A DNA stretch of 64,000 nt. Source: a virus. Each line of letters starts with the position of its first letter. Position 1 is the first letter of the stretch. The DNA is taken from positions 24,808 to 88,807 of IMG/VR virus record IMGVR_UViG_3300020442_002322. One strand, 5' to 3'. Of the stretch, positions 1 through 8,937 are shown piece by piece. The notes beneath the pieces are model-generated. The model saw nothing but the letters and a program-made list of their open reading frames with translations. It did no database searches and was not told the DNA's origin. Position numbers and translations under genes: made by a program.

Positions 1-581
1 CTAAACGCAAAATCATTCCTAAATGTAGACTGTGTAATTTGATAGGTCATGCGATAGTGTTTCCAGTTTTCAGCAATATGTTTTACTAGATCAAAAAATA
101 TTTTGTTGACTACTGTTTTTCTAAAAAATACACAAGTAGCCCAATAAAAGTCTACTCCTGTTTCACTAATCTTATCAAACTCTTTGTAGTTTCTTGTTTG
201 TGCAAGATCATAAGCATCTCTATACATACACAAATCATTAGGCTGGTCAAAGCAGTTGTGCAGTTGGCTATCGCAAACAATTACATCACTGTCAACTACT
301 AATGTTTCATCATACGGTGAAAGATCAAAACTTTCAGCTCTTGCTGTATTTTTAAAACTTAGAGATTCAGAACCATGTCCGTTGTTATAAATTTTTGCTG
401 TGTAGTCTTTTACATCTACTTTTATTACTCTGTCAAATAACGTGGTTCTGACATCTATATCTGTAACTATACTTGTAGGAAGATTACAAAATCTTTCCAT
501 ACGCATTGCAAGATTTTTTGCCTGTTTTACATAGTCTATAGATTCGTTATTAAAAGCAAAGACTAATACGCCTTTAGTCAT
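1..581 (-). CDS. Putative GT-A fold glycosyltransferase-like protein (runs off the window start)
   Basis: ATG at 581 (minus), not in the ORF track because it is truncated. Manual translation MTKGVLVFAFNNESIDYVKQA...LSPYDETLVVDSDVIV...YWATCVFFRK has a DxD motif after a hydrophobic strand. Confidence 0.6.
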   Translation of the reverse strand, partial: MTKGVLVFAFNNESIDYVKQAKNLAMRMERFCNLPTSIVTDIDVRTTLFDRVIKVDVKDYTAKIYNNGHGSESLSFKNTARAESFDLSPYDETLVVDSDVIVCDSQLHNCFDQPNDLCMYRDAYDLAQTRNYKEFDKISETGVDFYWATCVFFRKTVVNKIFFDLVKHIAENWKHYRMTYQITQSTFRNDFAF

Positions 582-912
582 TAAGCAACCCTTCTACACT
601 TCTTTTGCTTTTTAACATTTTTCCATATTCTATGCCATATGATGTTGTTGCTCTTTTGTGTGTATTTTTAAGTTGTGTGTAGAAGTCTAACACTTCATCA
701 ATATACAAAGGAACTCCGTTAGCATCAACAATCCAATAAGGCTCTCCTTGGTTGAGTGCGAAAGTTATAAGTTCTAATGTTGTTTTGAAAGCATGACCTT
801 TGTAGTAAAGCATAAGGTCTTTTTCGTACTTTTGTTCTAAAATACGTTTCTTGTTTTTGAATGCTTTTACGTAATCAGCATACTCAAGTGCTTTAGATAA
901 TCGTTTGTCCAT
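574..912 (-). CDS. Hypothetical phage protein (112 aa)
   Basis: ORF with GGAG RBS and an upstream sigma70 promoter; overlaps the start of the next gene. Confidence 0.7.
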   Translation of the reverse strand: MDKRLSKALEYADYVKAFKNKKRILEQKYEKDLMLYYKGHAFKTTLELITFALNQGEPYWIVDANGVPLYIDEVLDFYTQLKNTHKRATTSYGIEYGKMLKSKRSVEGLLND

Positions 913-933
913 TTAGAGCTCCATTTGTATGCT

Positions 934-962
934 AGTTTAGCATATCACGCCCTATTTGTCAA
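934..962 (-). promoter_or_regulatory. Sigma70-type promoter with an overlapping inverted repeat
   Basis: Minus strand TTGACA-17 nt-TAAACT with TGn extended -10; palindrome TATGCTA-gtt-TAGCATA (928-944) covers the -10. Confidence 0.65.
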
Positions 963-965
963 CTA

Positions 966-1907
966 TTAACTGCCCGAAAAGTTTGATTGTCTTGTAATTG
1001 TTGGTGCCGCTACAGATACATATGACCCACTTGCTGTAACATATCCTGCATGATGGGTTAAATTTCCTTGCACATATTCATCAATTGGTACAGTGCCTTT
1101 AGCAGAACTTGTACTACCTGTATCAGCTTCGTCCATTAGGATGCGGAATTCAATAACCGAGTCGCTAATATTTTTTCCTCTAATATAATAGTTGTTATCT
1201 GCATAAACACCACTTCCTGATTTACGGTATAGTTGTTGTTCGCTGTTTGTTAACTGATAGTTACCAATTGCACTGCCGGTACCACTATTGTCACTGCTTG
1301 TGTAGTTGTGGCCAAAACTTACTGTACCAGAATTACTAAGCATTGTTGCCCAGTCGTTTGTTTTTGCAACATTTCCACCTGATGCTGTGCTTACTAGATT
1401 TACTTTGAAAGTTATGCGTCCGCCTGCATTAAAAAAATAACGTCTTGCATTTGCACTAGTAAATGTTGCTCTGTAATATCCATTTAAACTTGCACGCCAT
1501 TGAGAACCGAATGTAAGATTTGCTACTTCATCATCTGTTGTACTTTGTGTAGCATGAAGTCTAAATCTGTTAGGATCTGTTGAAATACTTGTTGTAAAAG
1601 CCTCATAATCTGCATAACCTTTTAGAATGTCACTAGGTTCATTATCATCATCTGCAATTAAATCTTCAACTGCTAGTGTAGCAATTGATGCTCCAGGGCC
1701 TAAATTTACTTGGTGTCTATAGATCCTATCTAAATCCGTAAACAAGTTATTCATATCACTTGCTGTAACAATTTTTTCTACAGGGACTTGATTGCTTGCT
1801 GTACTTCCACCGTATCCGAAGTTTCCAGAACCAACACCTAATACATCTTCGACAGTATTTTGTATGTTGTTGTATCTTACTGCTGTGATAATATCACCAA
1901 CTGCCAT
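966..1907 (-). CDS. Putative virion structural protein (paralog of 1991-2902)
   Basis: MAVGDIITAVRYNN... and FFNAGG motif shared with the neighbouring gene; located in the tail-fibre module. Confidence 0.6.
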   Translation of the reverse strand: MAVGDIITAVRYNNIQNTVEDVLGVGSGNFGYGGSTASNQVPVEKIVTASDMNNLFTDLDRIYRHQVNLGPGASIATLAVEDLIADDDNEPSDILKGYADYEAFTTSISTDPNRFRLHATQSTTDDEVANLTFGSQWRASLNGYYRATFTSANARRYFFNAGGRITFKVNLVSTASGGNVAKTNDWATMLSNSGTVSFGHNYTSSDNSGTGSAIGNYQLTNSEQQLYRKSGSGVYADNNYYIRGKNISDSVIEFRILMDEADTGSTSSAKGTVPIDEYVQGNLTHHAGYVTASGSYVSVAAPTITRQSNFSGS

Positions 1908-1933
1908 TCATTCTCTCCACGTACATTTTATAT

Positions 1934-1962
1934 ACTATAGCAAATTTGTTTTACAAAGTCAA
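1934..1962 (-). promoter_or_regulatory. Sigma70-type promoter
   Basis: Minus strand TTGACT-17 nt-TATAGT with TGn extended -10. Confidence 0.65.
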
Positions 1963-1990
1963 CCATTAATACTTATTTAAATAAAACAAA

Positions 1991-2902
1991 TTACGCTAGA
2001 GAATTGACAACTGCAAAAGCAGGCGCCTCTACATCAACATGAATGCCGCTGGCTCTGACATAGCCCATTTTAGCTTCAAGCAACCCTTGAATAGGTTCAT
2101 CAATCTTGTAACCGCCTGGATTATGGTCGAAATATTCAATTTGTATTTGGATAGTCTTTGAATCAATTTCTTTTGCTCTGATGTAATAGTTGTTATTGCC
2201 ATAAACACCAGTAGCTGATTTTCTAAAAATTTCTTGATAACTTGTTGTAAGATCATAATTACCAATACTCTGAACTACTCCTGTTCCGGAGGTAGTTGTT
2301 TCATTATAATTAAAACTAACTGTACCTGAATTACTTAATATATTTTGCCAATCTTGACTCTTTGCAACACTGTCACCACTTGTTGGTGGATTAGACAAAG
2401 AACTTACAACTGTTAAACTGCCTCCGCTGTTAAAAAAATGTCTACGATGATCAGCATCAGTAAAAGTAATTTTAAATTCTGTATCAATTGGTGCTGTCCA
2501 TTGATTGCGTCTTTGATCTACTTTAGCATCAACGTCTGTACTACTTTGTGTCGATGCTAATAAAAATCTTTGACCAACTGTTTCTATAGTACTAATAATA
2601 GTTTCATAATCTGCAAAACCTTTTGTGACGTCACCGTCACTGTCAGCATCTCCTATAGTATCACCTACTGATATCTGGCTGATACTATTTGGAATGCCAC
2701 CTGTTTGATGCACTCTAATTTTTTTTATATCTTCGAATAGATTGTTTATATCTTGTGCTGTTACTCTATTAGAACTGTTGACAATAGAACTTGATACTGT
2801 TTGACCGTAGCCTTCGTCACCGCTTCCTGTGCCTAATACAGCTTGTACTCTACTTTGAGCATTGTTATACCGCGCCGCGGTAATTAAATCTCCTGATGCC
2901 AT
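1991..2902 (-). CDS. Putative virion structural protein (paralog of 966-1907)
   Basis: MASGDLITAARYNN...FFNSGG...SIGNYDLT aligns by eye with the adjacent gene. Confidence 0.6.
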   Translation of the reverse strand: MASGDLITAARYNNAQSRVQAVLGTGSGDEGYGQTVSSSIVNSSNRVTAQDINNLFEDIKKIRVHQTGGIPNSISQISVGDTIGDADSDGDVTKGFADYETIISTIETVGQRFLLASTQSSTDVDAKVDQRRNQWTAPIDTEFKITFTDADHRRHFFNSGGSLTVVSSLSNPPTSGDSVAKSQDWQNILSNSGTVSFNYNETTTSGTGVVQSIGNYDLTTSYQEIFRKSATGVYGNNNYYIRAKEIDSKTIQIQIEYFDHNPGGYKIDEPIQGLLEAKMGYVRASGIHVDVEAPAFAVVNSLA

Positions 2903-2923
2903 TTGCCTTCCTCTTCACAGTAC

Positions 2924-4402
2924 TTATACTTTAAGTACACACTCGATAATTTTTTCTTCTTGTTCTGTACTTGACTCTAATGCTACTCCAACTAATCCAT
3001 TGCTTGCAATAGTAGAAGCTACTCCGTCTGCCCATGCATACACTGCCTGTCCTTTTGAAACTGGGCCAGTTACTCTCACAGGAACACGACCTTTAAGTGC
3101 TATTGCTTGTCCTTCGCTGTCTTCGTTCATTATCATTGCTGGATTTTCAGAAATAACTCCTATAGCAAAATCACTTGTTTTTGCCGCTCTAGCTTCTTCT
3201 TTGCCTCCAACTGCCATAACAGTTCCAACAGGATATTCTTGATCTGTTGTATACTTTTCTGCAATATCAGCATATTGAGCGGCAATCGCTGTTCCTCTAA
3301 AGAAATTAGCAGTAATATCACCACTGCTATCTCTCAAAGCAACTGTGCTTGCGTTTGCACTAGTTTGTCCTAGGTAAGTATTACCGTCAAACTTAATTGC
3401 TGTTGCTGTGTCTGCTGTACCTCTAAAGAAGTCTGCATAAACATCTGACCATCTTAATGCTGTTGTTCCAAGTGTATATGTTTGTGTTGCTCCTGGATTC
3501 ATTCCTGTTGATGTGAATGTTGCACTGTTTGTTTGTTGACTTGATCCATTGTTTAATTGAATCTTAATTGCATTTGAAGTACCTTGCTCATTTGCAATTA
3601 CACCTGTGTTACCAGTTACATAGATATGTAAACCTAAACTATCACCAATTTTTAAACCATTATTATTTTCAATATTAACTAATTCGTTAAATGATGTAGA
3701 TTGACCAGCTTGCTGTGTAACAAAGTCTGCGGCATCAACACCGTTTAGTTTTAGTGCATTAGATGCTGTTCCCCAAAAATAATGGTTAGTGCTTGTGACA
3801 CCGCCTGTGCTTGCAATAGTGTTTATAAGTGTAATACCTTTTTTGACAGTATCAAATCCTGTAATTGCATTAGCTGGATCTGTACCATCAATAGTAAATT
3901 CTTGTGGGCTAATAATAAAAATAACTTCATCATCAATTGTAGCAGTAATTACACTGTGATTAGTATTTTGTGTATCTCTAATAGTTTGACTACGCATCTG
4001 TGTTAAACCGCTACCAGTTCCTTGCGGTCCTACTAGGATCCAACTTGATCCATCATATGCATATAATTGATTATTACCACTATCAAACCAAAAATCACCT
4101 GATACTGCTGTTGCTGGTTGGGTTGAAGATACTTCAGCACCGCCTGTTGGCTTAAACACGGAACCGTCGTAGAATTTTATTTTACCAGTAGTACTATCAT
4201 GCCAAATTTGACCTGCGATTGGTTTAGGTGGTTGTGAACTTCCACTAAAATTTTCTAATAAAAACAAGAAGTTTTCATTTTGTATTTCGCCATATCCAGC
4301 ATAGTTCTTTCCAACAAACGTAAGATCTGTTGTAGTGTCTATGGTCCCGTCTTGCACAACAACTAAAGTTGCTCCGCTGTATTTGTTAATTGTATAAGCC
4401 AT
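2924..4402 (-). CDS. Tail fibre-like protein with C-terminal ADIAEKY (peptidase G2/chaperone-like) domain
   Basis: N-terminal MAYTINK...GKNYAGYGE.QNENF..LLENF module; C-terminal AQYADIAEKY...IGVISENPA...ALKGRVPVRV. Confidence 0.7.
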   Translation of the reverse strand: MAYTINKYSGATLVVVQDGTIDTTTDLTFVGKNYAGYGEIQNENFLFLLENFSGSSQPPKPIAGQIWHDSTTGKIKFYDGSVFKPTGGAEVSSTQPATAVSGDFWFDSGNNQLYAYDGSSWILVGPQGTGSGLTQMRSQTIRDTQNTNHSVITATIDDEVIFIISPQEFTIDGTDPANAITGFDTVKKGITLINTIASTGGVTSTNHYFWGTASNALKLNGVDAADFVTQQAGQSTSFNELVNIENNNGLKIGDSLGLHIYVTGNTGVIANEQGTSNAIKIQLNNGSSQQTNSATFTSTGMNPGATQTYTLGTTALRWSDVYADFFRGTADTATAIKFDGNTYLGQTSANASTVALRDSSGDITANFFRGTAIAAQYADIAEKYTTDQEYPVGTVMAVGGKEEARAAKTSDFAIGVISENPAMIMNEDSEGQAIALKGRVPVRVTGPVSKGQAVYAWADGVASTIASNGLVGVALESSTEQEEKIIECVLKV

Positions 4403-4425
4403 TGTTTTTCAACCCTTTATTTACA

Positions 4426-4433
4426 TATTTATC
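4426..4433 (-). promoter_or_regulatory. T4-like late promoter (GATAAATA)
   Basis: TATAAATA variant 24 nt upstream of a structural gene; a gp55-like gene is in the window. Confidence 0.55.
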
Positions 4434-6257
4434 TTAAACACTAGATACAAGATCTTGGTCAAATGTCCATGATCCACTGCTTTTCACATACCTTTTCAAT
4501 GCTCTAGATACTGAAACTGTAACAGTACCCGTTGCATCTGTAAATCCAATATCCTGCATTACTGATTCGTTTTGCACTCCTGCTGAATCAACAGCAATAA
4601 ACGATTTTGTAGCAACCGCAGTAATATCAATACCTGTCACGCTTGCACCGCCTAGTGTAGTACAGTGTATACGTGCATAAGTTCCATCTGATACATTAGC
4701 CGCAGGAACTAGATCTTCTAGTACTAGTCCAATTTGTGTATCATTAAGTCCTGTTGAGTCCATACTAAATGAAATACCAGCACCTGCAATTTCTTCATCA
4801 ACATATTGTTTTGTTGCCGCATCTGTTGGGCTACCTGGTACACCTAGTCCGGAAATTCTGTTTGTGTTTGTAAATGTTATATCACCTGCAAGGTCAAAAG
4901 TAAGCCCTCCTAGGCTGTTAGTAATTGTGTTACCATCAATGGTTATGTTATCAACTGTCAATGCTGTAAGTGTGCCAACATTTGTAAGACTAGAATTTAC
5001 AACTCCTGATCCTAGTGTTGTTCCTGTAAGAACATTTGTTCCATCAACCTTGTAACTATTACCACTTGTTACATTTAAATTTTCTGTTGTTGTCCATGCG
5101 TTTGGTGTTTGTCTCCAAGTAAACTTTTTATCTGTGCCAGTAACACGTACAATTAAGCCTGCATCATCTACATCTGCTTCAGGTAAAAGTGTACTATCAC
5201 TTGTTATAGCAAGTTCAATATTTTTATCCTCAACACGCATACTAGAAACATCTATGCTTGTGCTAGAACCTTCTACAATCAAATTGCCTGTAATACGCAT
5301 GTCTCCTGTCAAATCAAGTGTATGTGCAGGTGTACTATTCCAAATACCAACTCTTTTGTTTGTAGCATCTATATAAATTGCATCAGTTGCCTGTGCGCCA
5401 TCTAATGTTGAAGTTATTCTAAATCTTAGATCATTATCTGTTACTGTTTGCGTCATAGCAAAAGTGTCGCCAATAACTTTTTGTTCTAAGTCTGTGTTAG
5501 GTCCGATTGTAACACCGTCACTATTTTGTACTGTAATTGTACCTGCAACAATCTGATCACCTGTTGTGCTTAAGAAACTATCTGCTGTAACTTTTGTGCC
5601 GTTTGATTTTAACAAACTTTTTGCAGAATCAACTGTACCTTCGTAAATAAAATTATCTTTATCAATAATGTTAATACCTTTTTTAACATTTCCTGTTATG
5701 CCATCAATTCTATATCCTACTGCTGGCTCAAATTCAACATTACTACTTACAGCAACTCTAGTTGTACCACTGTTACTATCACCAATGTATAAACTTGCTA
5801 TTGTCCTAGCTCTATCAGTAGTATCTCTTATACTTTCAATTACCCAACCAGACACACCTTGTTGTTTTGTGTAAACTGGTCCTGCCAAAACAGGATCGCC
5901 TACACCATCATAAAAATATATTTGATCATTTACGTTGTCAATCCATAAATCACCAGCAACCATAGCAGGTTGTTCTTTTTGTACAAAAGGTCCACCTACT
6001 GCTTTAAAGATTGATCCTTCATAAACTTTTAAACGGGCATCACTTTTATCCCACCACAGTTGTCCTTCAATAGGATTGCTTGGAGAACTTGTGTTTGCAA
6101 AGTTTTCCAATATTTTAACAAAGTTTTCATTCAATGCTTCGCCAAATCCTGTGTAGTTTCTTCCAATTAATGAAATACTTGTGCTTGCAGTATCTAAAGT
6201 ACCGTCAATTAAGTCTACAAGTAATGTGCCGTCTGTTTTATTAAGTTTATATGCCAT
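4434..6257 (-). CDS. Tail fibre-like virion protein
   Basis: Start reassigned to ATG 6257 (MAYKLNKTDG), with TAATG coupling to the upstream stop; same N-terminal module as its neighbours; DAATKQYVD fibre motif. Confidence 0.7.
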   Translation of the reverse strand: MAYKLNKTDGTLLVDLIDGTLDTASTSISLIGRNYTGFGEALNENFVKILENFANTSSPSNPIEGQLWWDKSDARLKVYEGSIFKAVGGPFVQKEQPAMVAGDLWIDNVNDQIYFYDGVGDPVLAGPVYTKQQGVSGWVIESIRDTTDRARTIASLYIGDSNSGTTRVAVSSNVEFEPAVGYRIDGITGNVKKGINIIDKDNFIYEGTVDSAKSLLKSNGTKVTADSFLSTTGDQIVAGTITVQNSDGVTIGPNTDLEQKVIGDTFAMTQTVTDNDLRFRITSTLDGAQATDAIYIDATNKRVGIWNSTPAHTLDLTGDMRITGNLIVEGSSTSIDVSSMRVEDKNIELAITSDSTLLPEADVDDAGLIVRVTGTDKKFTWRQTPNAWTTTENLNVTSGNSYKVDGTNVLTGTTLGSGVVNSSLTNVGTLTALTVDNITIDGNTITNSLGGLTFDLAGDITFTNTNRISGLGVPGSPTDAATKQYVDEEIAGAGISFSMDSTGLNDTQIGLVLEDLVPAANVSDGTYARIHCTTLGGASVTGIDITAVATKSFIAVDSAGVQNESVMQDIGFTDATGTVTVSVSRALKRYVKSSGSWTFDQDLVSSV

Positions 6258-8299
6258 TATACGTTCCCAGTGTAAATTATCCAATTTAAGGACATAAACG
6301 GATTCATAATGTCCAGAGGTTGCCCTGTAGTTCCTGCTACACTACCACTTGTGGTTGCCGCTTGTCCTTGGTTGTTTCCAGTAGGTGCATCGTATACCTG
6401 TGCTCCTGCTACAGATCCAGATCCTTTTACAGCATCTAATATTGTATAGAACTGTTGTTTTGCACCCGGATCACCAACTTGTAAATCGTGTTCGTGATCT
6501 GGTATTTGATTACCCGCGATTGTTACTTGTTCAACACCGCCTCCGTTACCAAGTTCATTACCTCTTACACCTGTAACTCTGTTTGCGGCTGTACCGCCCA
6601 TATCGTCAAGACCCATAATTGTTCTGCCTCTTAAATCAGGTAAACAAAATAATTGGACACCGTTATCTGAAACTTCGTTACTTGGTTTAAAGTTAAAACC
6701 AATAGCTAGAAATAATTTTTGATAATCTGCTTGTAATACTTCACTACCATCACAAAGTAACCAATGTGTTGGTGCTTGCAATCCTGCATATGGCATTATA
6801 ATGCCCGGCGGGTTGGTAGGAACTTTGTCAAGTAAATTTTCTACACGTAATCTATATAAACCTGTTGCACCCTGGACTCTGTTTACTAAGAATTCGTCTG
6901 AATCTTGTGCTGATGATGTTGAAGTTTTATTTGATATAAAACTATTACTTACAACTGTGTTAAATGTTTTTGTATTGCCGCCTTGTTGTCCGTCAAAAGT
7001 AATTGTAGGAGCACTTACTTCTCCTATCATTTGGAAACTTGTACTGCTAGATAGTTTATCAGCAGTTTGTGATGTACCACTAATGTTACCTGTTAAGTTA
7101 CCTACAAATTGTCCTGTAAATTGTGTGGCGTATATATTCGCATATTTGTTTGCATCTGATCCAATAGTCCTTACATTTGTTGCATCTGGTAATACATTTC
7201 TAGTTTCAATGTTTCCAATAATATCTACATTGCCACCTACGTTTAGGTCTCCTGCAATACCTGCTCCGCCTTTTACAATTAAAGATCCAGTACCAAAGTT
7301 TGTACTTGCTGTAGTACCATCTATAGTTATTGAATCACTTACTTTAATTTTACCTGTTACATCTAATGCTTCACTAGGCGCCGTATTGTTAATACCTATA
7401 TTAGTTGTGCTATCAATACGCATCACTGTTTTAGTTGTGCCTTGATCGTTTACACGAACATCTAAACTAGAACCTGTTGCACTATGAGTAATAACACCTG
7501 TTTGACCTTCAACTGTCAAACGCATTTGGTTACCGCTACCTACAATAATACCTTCGTCACTGTTTACTTTTAATTGGTGTGTAGTTGTGCTAACTTTATC
7601 ACCTCTTAAGAAGTCACTTGCTAACACAGGTGTATCTTCACCAGCAACAATTAAACTTTCTGCTTTTTCAGCAACACCGTAATATTTTCCTGCACCGTCA
7701 CCTGTAATATTTGCTGTGCTTAAATTGACACCAGGTTTAATTTCTGAAAATCCGTTAATAACTGCTCTTGGTGAAAAAGTTTTTGTGCTTATAATTGCAA
7801 TAGGTTTTGCTTCAACTTCAATTTGTAAAACATTGTAGTCAATGTTATCTTGACCACGAATTGTTTTTACATTTACACCTGTATTCAATCCTCCGGAAAA
7901 TTCCGGACCAACTAATGTCCAACCCGAACCTGTATACAAATATAATTGCTGATTGTCTGTATCAACCCAAAGGTCTCCAGTTACACTTGCACTTGCTTGT
8001 GGTGCATTGGTTGCTTTTTTCAATCCGCCTGCCGCAATCCATTGAGTACCATCGTATACTTTAAGTCCTTCTTCTCCAGAAGAACTGTCCCACCAAAGTT
8101 GTCCTTCAACAGGATTTGCTGGTGGAGTAGTGTTTGCAAAATTTTCTAAAAGTTTTAAAAAGTTTTGATTAAATTCAACACCATAACTTGTTGTATTACG
8201 TCCAACTAAGTTTAAACTTGTTTGTGTGTTAATATCATTATCTTCAACAGTTAGACTACCTTTGTTGACCAAATCAGTAAAATTAATAGTATATGCCAT
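6257..8299 (-). CDS. Tail fibre protein with phage tail collar domain (gp12-like)
   Basis: PPGIIMPYAG..APTHWLLCDGS...LFLAIG...LPDLRGR collar motif, HEH motif, and C-terminal MNPFMSLNWIIY. Confidence 0.8.
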   Translation of the reverse strand: MAYTINFTDLVNKGSLTVEDNDINTQTSLNLVGRNTTSYGVEFNQNFLKLLENFANTTPPANPVEGQLWWDSSSGEEGLKVYDGTQWIAAGGLKKATNAPQASASVTGDLWVDTDNQQLYLYTGSGWTLVGPEFSGGLNTGVNVKTIRGQDNIDYNVLQIEVEAKPIAIISTKTFSPRAVINGFSEIKPGVNLSTANITGDGAGKYYGVAEKAESLIVAGEDTPVLASDFLRGDKVSTTTHQLKVNSDEGIIVGSGNQMRLTVEGQTGVITHSATGSSLDVRVNDQGTTKTVMRIDSTTNIGINNTAPSEALDVTGKIKVSDSITIDGTTASTNFGTGSLIVKGGAGIAGDLNVGGNVDIIGNIETRNVLPDATNVRTIGSDANKYANIYATQFTGQFVGNLTGNISGTSQTADKLSSSTSFQMIGEVSAPTITFDGQQGGNTKTFNTVVSNSFISNKTSTSSAQDSDEFLVNRVQGATGLYRLRVENLLDKVPTNPPGIIMPYAGLQAPTHWLLCDGSEVLQADYQKLFLAIGFNFKPSNEVSDNGVQLFCLPDLRGRTIMGLDDMGGTAANRVTGVRGNELGNGGGVEQVTIAGNQIPDHEHDLQVGDPGAKQQFYTILDAVKGSGSVAGAQVYDAPTGNNQGQAATTSGSVAGTTGQPLDIMNPFMSLNWIIYTGNV

Positions 8300-8302
8300 T
8301 TA

Positions 8303-8908
8303 TTATACTCCTGATAAACTTTGTACTCTTACTGTATAATCTATCTGTACAAGTCTGTTTAAAGACTTTTGTACTGGATGGAAAATAACATGTGTTAATA
8401 ATCTTCCGCTACCATTCGGATTATAGCTCTTTAAACCAAGCTCATCAAATACATACAAGCTATTTGTATCACTTGCATTATCAAATGCATCTTGTCCTTC
8501 TGGTTCACCGTAATCTAGTAGTGCAGTAACAACAATATCTGTATAGTTAGTACCACTGACATGACGTGTTTCTGTTTTGTTTCTAACTGGATCAGTATTT
8601 GCTGTGCTTCTGTCATCTACAACTTTAGTAAATGTCTGGTTATACAAACTTGCATTTGTACCTGTTGAGTTTGGTGTTAGATATGTAATAATACCTGTGG
8701 GATCAACATTTGTTCCCCCATTACCAAAGCTCATTTCATAAATCATACCTTGTCCTTGGTTAGCAAGGCTTTCTGCTAACGCAATACTCATATTTTCATA
8801 GTGAATAGCATTTTTCTTGTCCACATACACTTCTTTGGTCATAGGATCAAAGATCTTTATGTGTCCACTTACTGCTACACCTGAATTTTCTTTTATTTTG
8901 TCTGTCAT
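8303..8908 (-). CDS. Putative baseplate/tail structural protein
   Basis: FDELGL...LLTHVIFHPVQKS..R..IDYTVR motif; position between fibre and baseplate genes. Confidence 0.55.
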   Translation of the reverse strand: MTDKIKENSGVAVSGHIKIFDPMTKEVYVDKKNAIHYENMSIALAESLANQGQGMIYEMSFGNGGTNVDPTGIITYLTPNSTGTNASLYNQTFTKVVDDRSTANTDPVRNKTETRHVSGTNYTDIVVTALLDYGEPEGQDAFDNASDTNSLYVFDELGLKSYNPNGSGRLLTHVIFHPVQKSLNRLVQIDYTVRVQSLSGV

Positions 8909-8929
8909 GTCACTTTCTCGCTGTTACTG

Positions 8930-8937
8930 TATTTATT
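8930..8937 (-). promoter_or_regulatory. T4-like late promoter (AATAAATA)
   Basis: TAAATA core just upstream of the 8908 start. Confidence 0.5.
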
